The notes below the pieces were generated by a model. That model ran no database searches. It had not been told where the DNA came from and worked only from the letters and a program-made list of their open reading frames with translations. Shown piece by piece: positions 63,332-64,000 of a DNA stretch of 64,000 nucleotides. The position numbers and the translations under genes are program-made. Positions within the stretch are counted from its first letter, which is position 1. Each line of letters opens with the position of its first letter. Source of the DNA: Sphyrna mokarran (Eukaryota). The stretch covers positions 3,534,001-3,598,000 of the forward strand of contig JAGIQG010000040.1 in assembly GCA_024679065.1 (NCBI GenBank), given 5' to 3'.

Positions 63332-64000
63332 TCGTCAAAACACAACAAAACTAACAAATTAGAAAAGAGATCTTTCACCCAGCGACTCTCGAAAAATAAA
63401 ATCCCTTGTTTATAAAATGGTAAAAAAAACACGTATTTTTCTTCTGACGAAATGCTGTCAGGGATTATAGACACCAGTTAATCGGAGTGAACAGAGAAAC
63501 TAGATTGGTTCCCAAGGAAAAGAGAACTTGAGCTGAATTTTAAATGAGGTGCCTAAATTTTTAAACGGTTTTATATAAAGTATGCGGAAGAATTATTTAC
63601 ATCGGCTGCAGAGAGGACAATTAGAGGATATTGATTAAAGGTAATCAGTAAATAAAAATGATGGAGAAATTTATGGTTATTTTCGAAGTGTGTTTTTATG
63701 ATCTTCAAAACACTGCCTGAAAGAATGGCGGAAGCAGATACAGTAATAAGTGGCTGGCTTCAGATTTGAAATGGACAAAAGTGCAACTCAATGTATAAAG
63801 AATATATAACTAGCCAGAAGGGATAGCTCTTGCAGACTTGAAGTACAAACAACTTGACCAAAGGACTTCATTCTGTGTCGTTTTATCCAGTGATTCCATA
63901 AATCATGTACAATCCTAACTCTGTCATAAACAACCGTTTCTGTTATTGTCTATCGTTTAAAATCTTGAAGAGCCTCCAGAATAACACAGTGGGAGCAACT

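Noticed and set aside
63934-64000. Possible TCR D segment (CGTTTCTGT ... CACAGTG at 63986)
   Set aside because: There is no heptamer 12 bp from the nonamer-like motif, and the 3' signal is cut off by the window edge, so it cannot be supported.

Overview
This window is eukaryotic genomic DNA from a cartilaginous fish, most likely a shark. That call rests on the cluster-type IgH organisation, the 22/23-bp RSS spacers and the CR1-dominated repeats. From left to right it holds: (1) two head-to-head GPR139-like GPCR genes, one represented only by exon 1 (3241-3463, minus) and one complete two-exon gene (11124-18448, plus, about 322 aa); (2) a CCAAT/MYB-motif tandem array and a CpG-rich promoter with a candidate two-exon lncRNA; (3) a complete, unrearranged IgM heavy-chain cluster on the minus strand (L-V-D1-D2-J-CH1-CH2-CH3-CH4/secretory tail-TM1-TM2, 24907-40806) with RSS order 23/12-22/12-12/23; (4) a decayed duplicate VH unit, with an inverted templated copy of part of it; (5) a possible second V relic; (6) a near-full-length CR1 LINE; (7) an apparently intact T-cell receptor delta-type V gene (TRDV3/TRDV5-like) on the plus strand, about 22 kb from the IgM VH. 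The most notable points are the direct linkage of a full IgM cluster, a TCR V and a GPCR pair, a convergent CTCF motif pair bracketing the V-D-D-J, loss of the second canonical Cys in CH2, a TM2 exon that reads through into a 15-aa cytoplasmic tail, and a G-rich switch-like repeat in the J-CH1 intron. All calls were made by eye, with no database searches.
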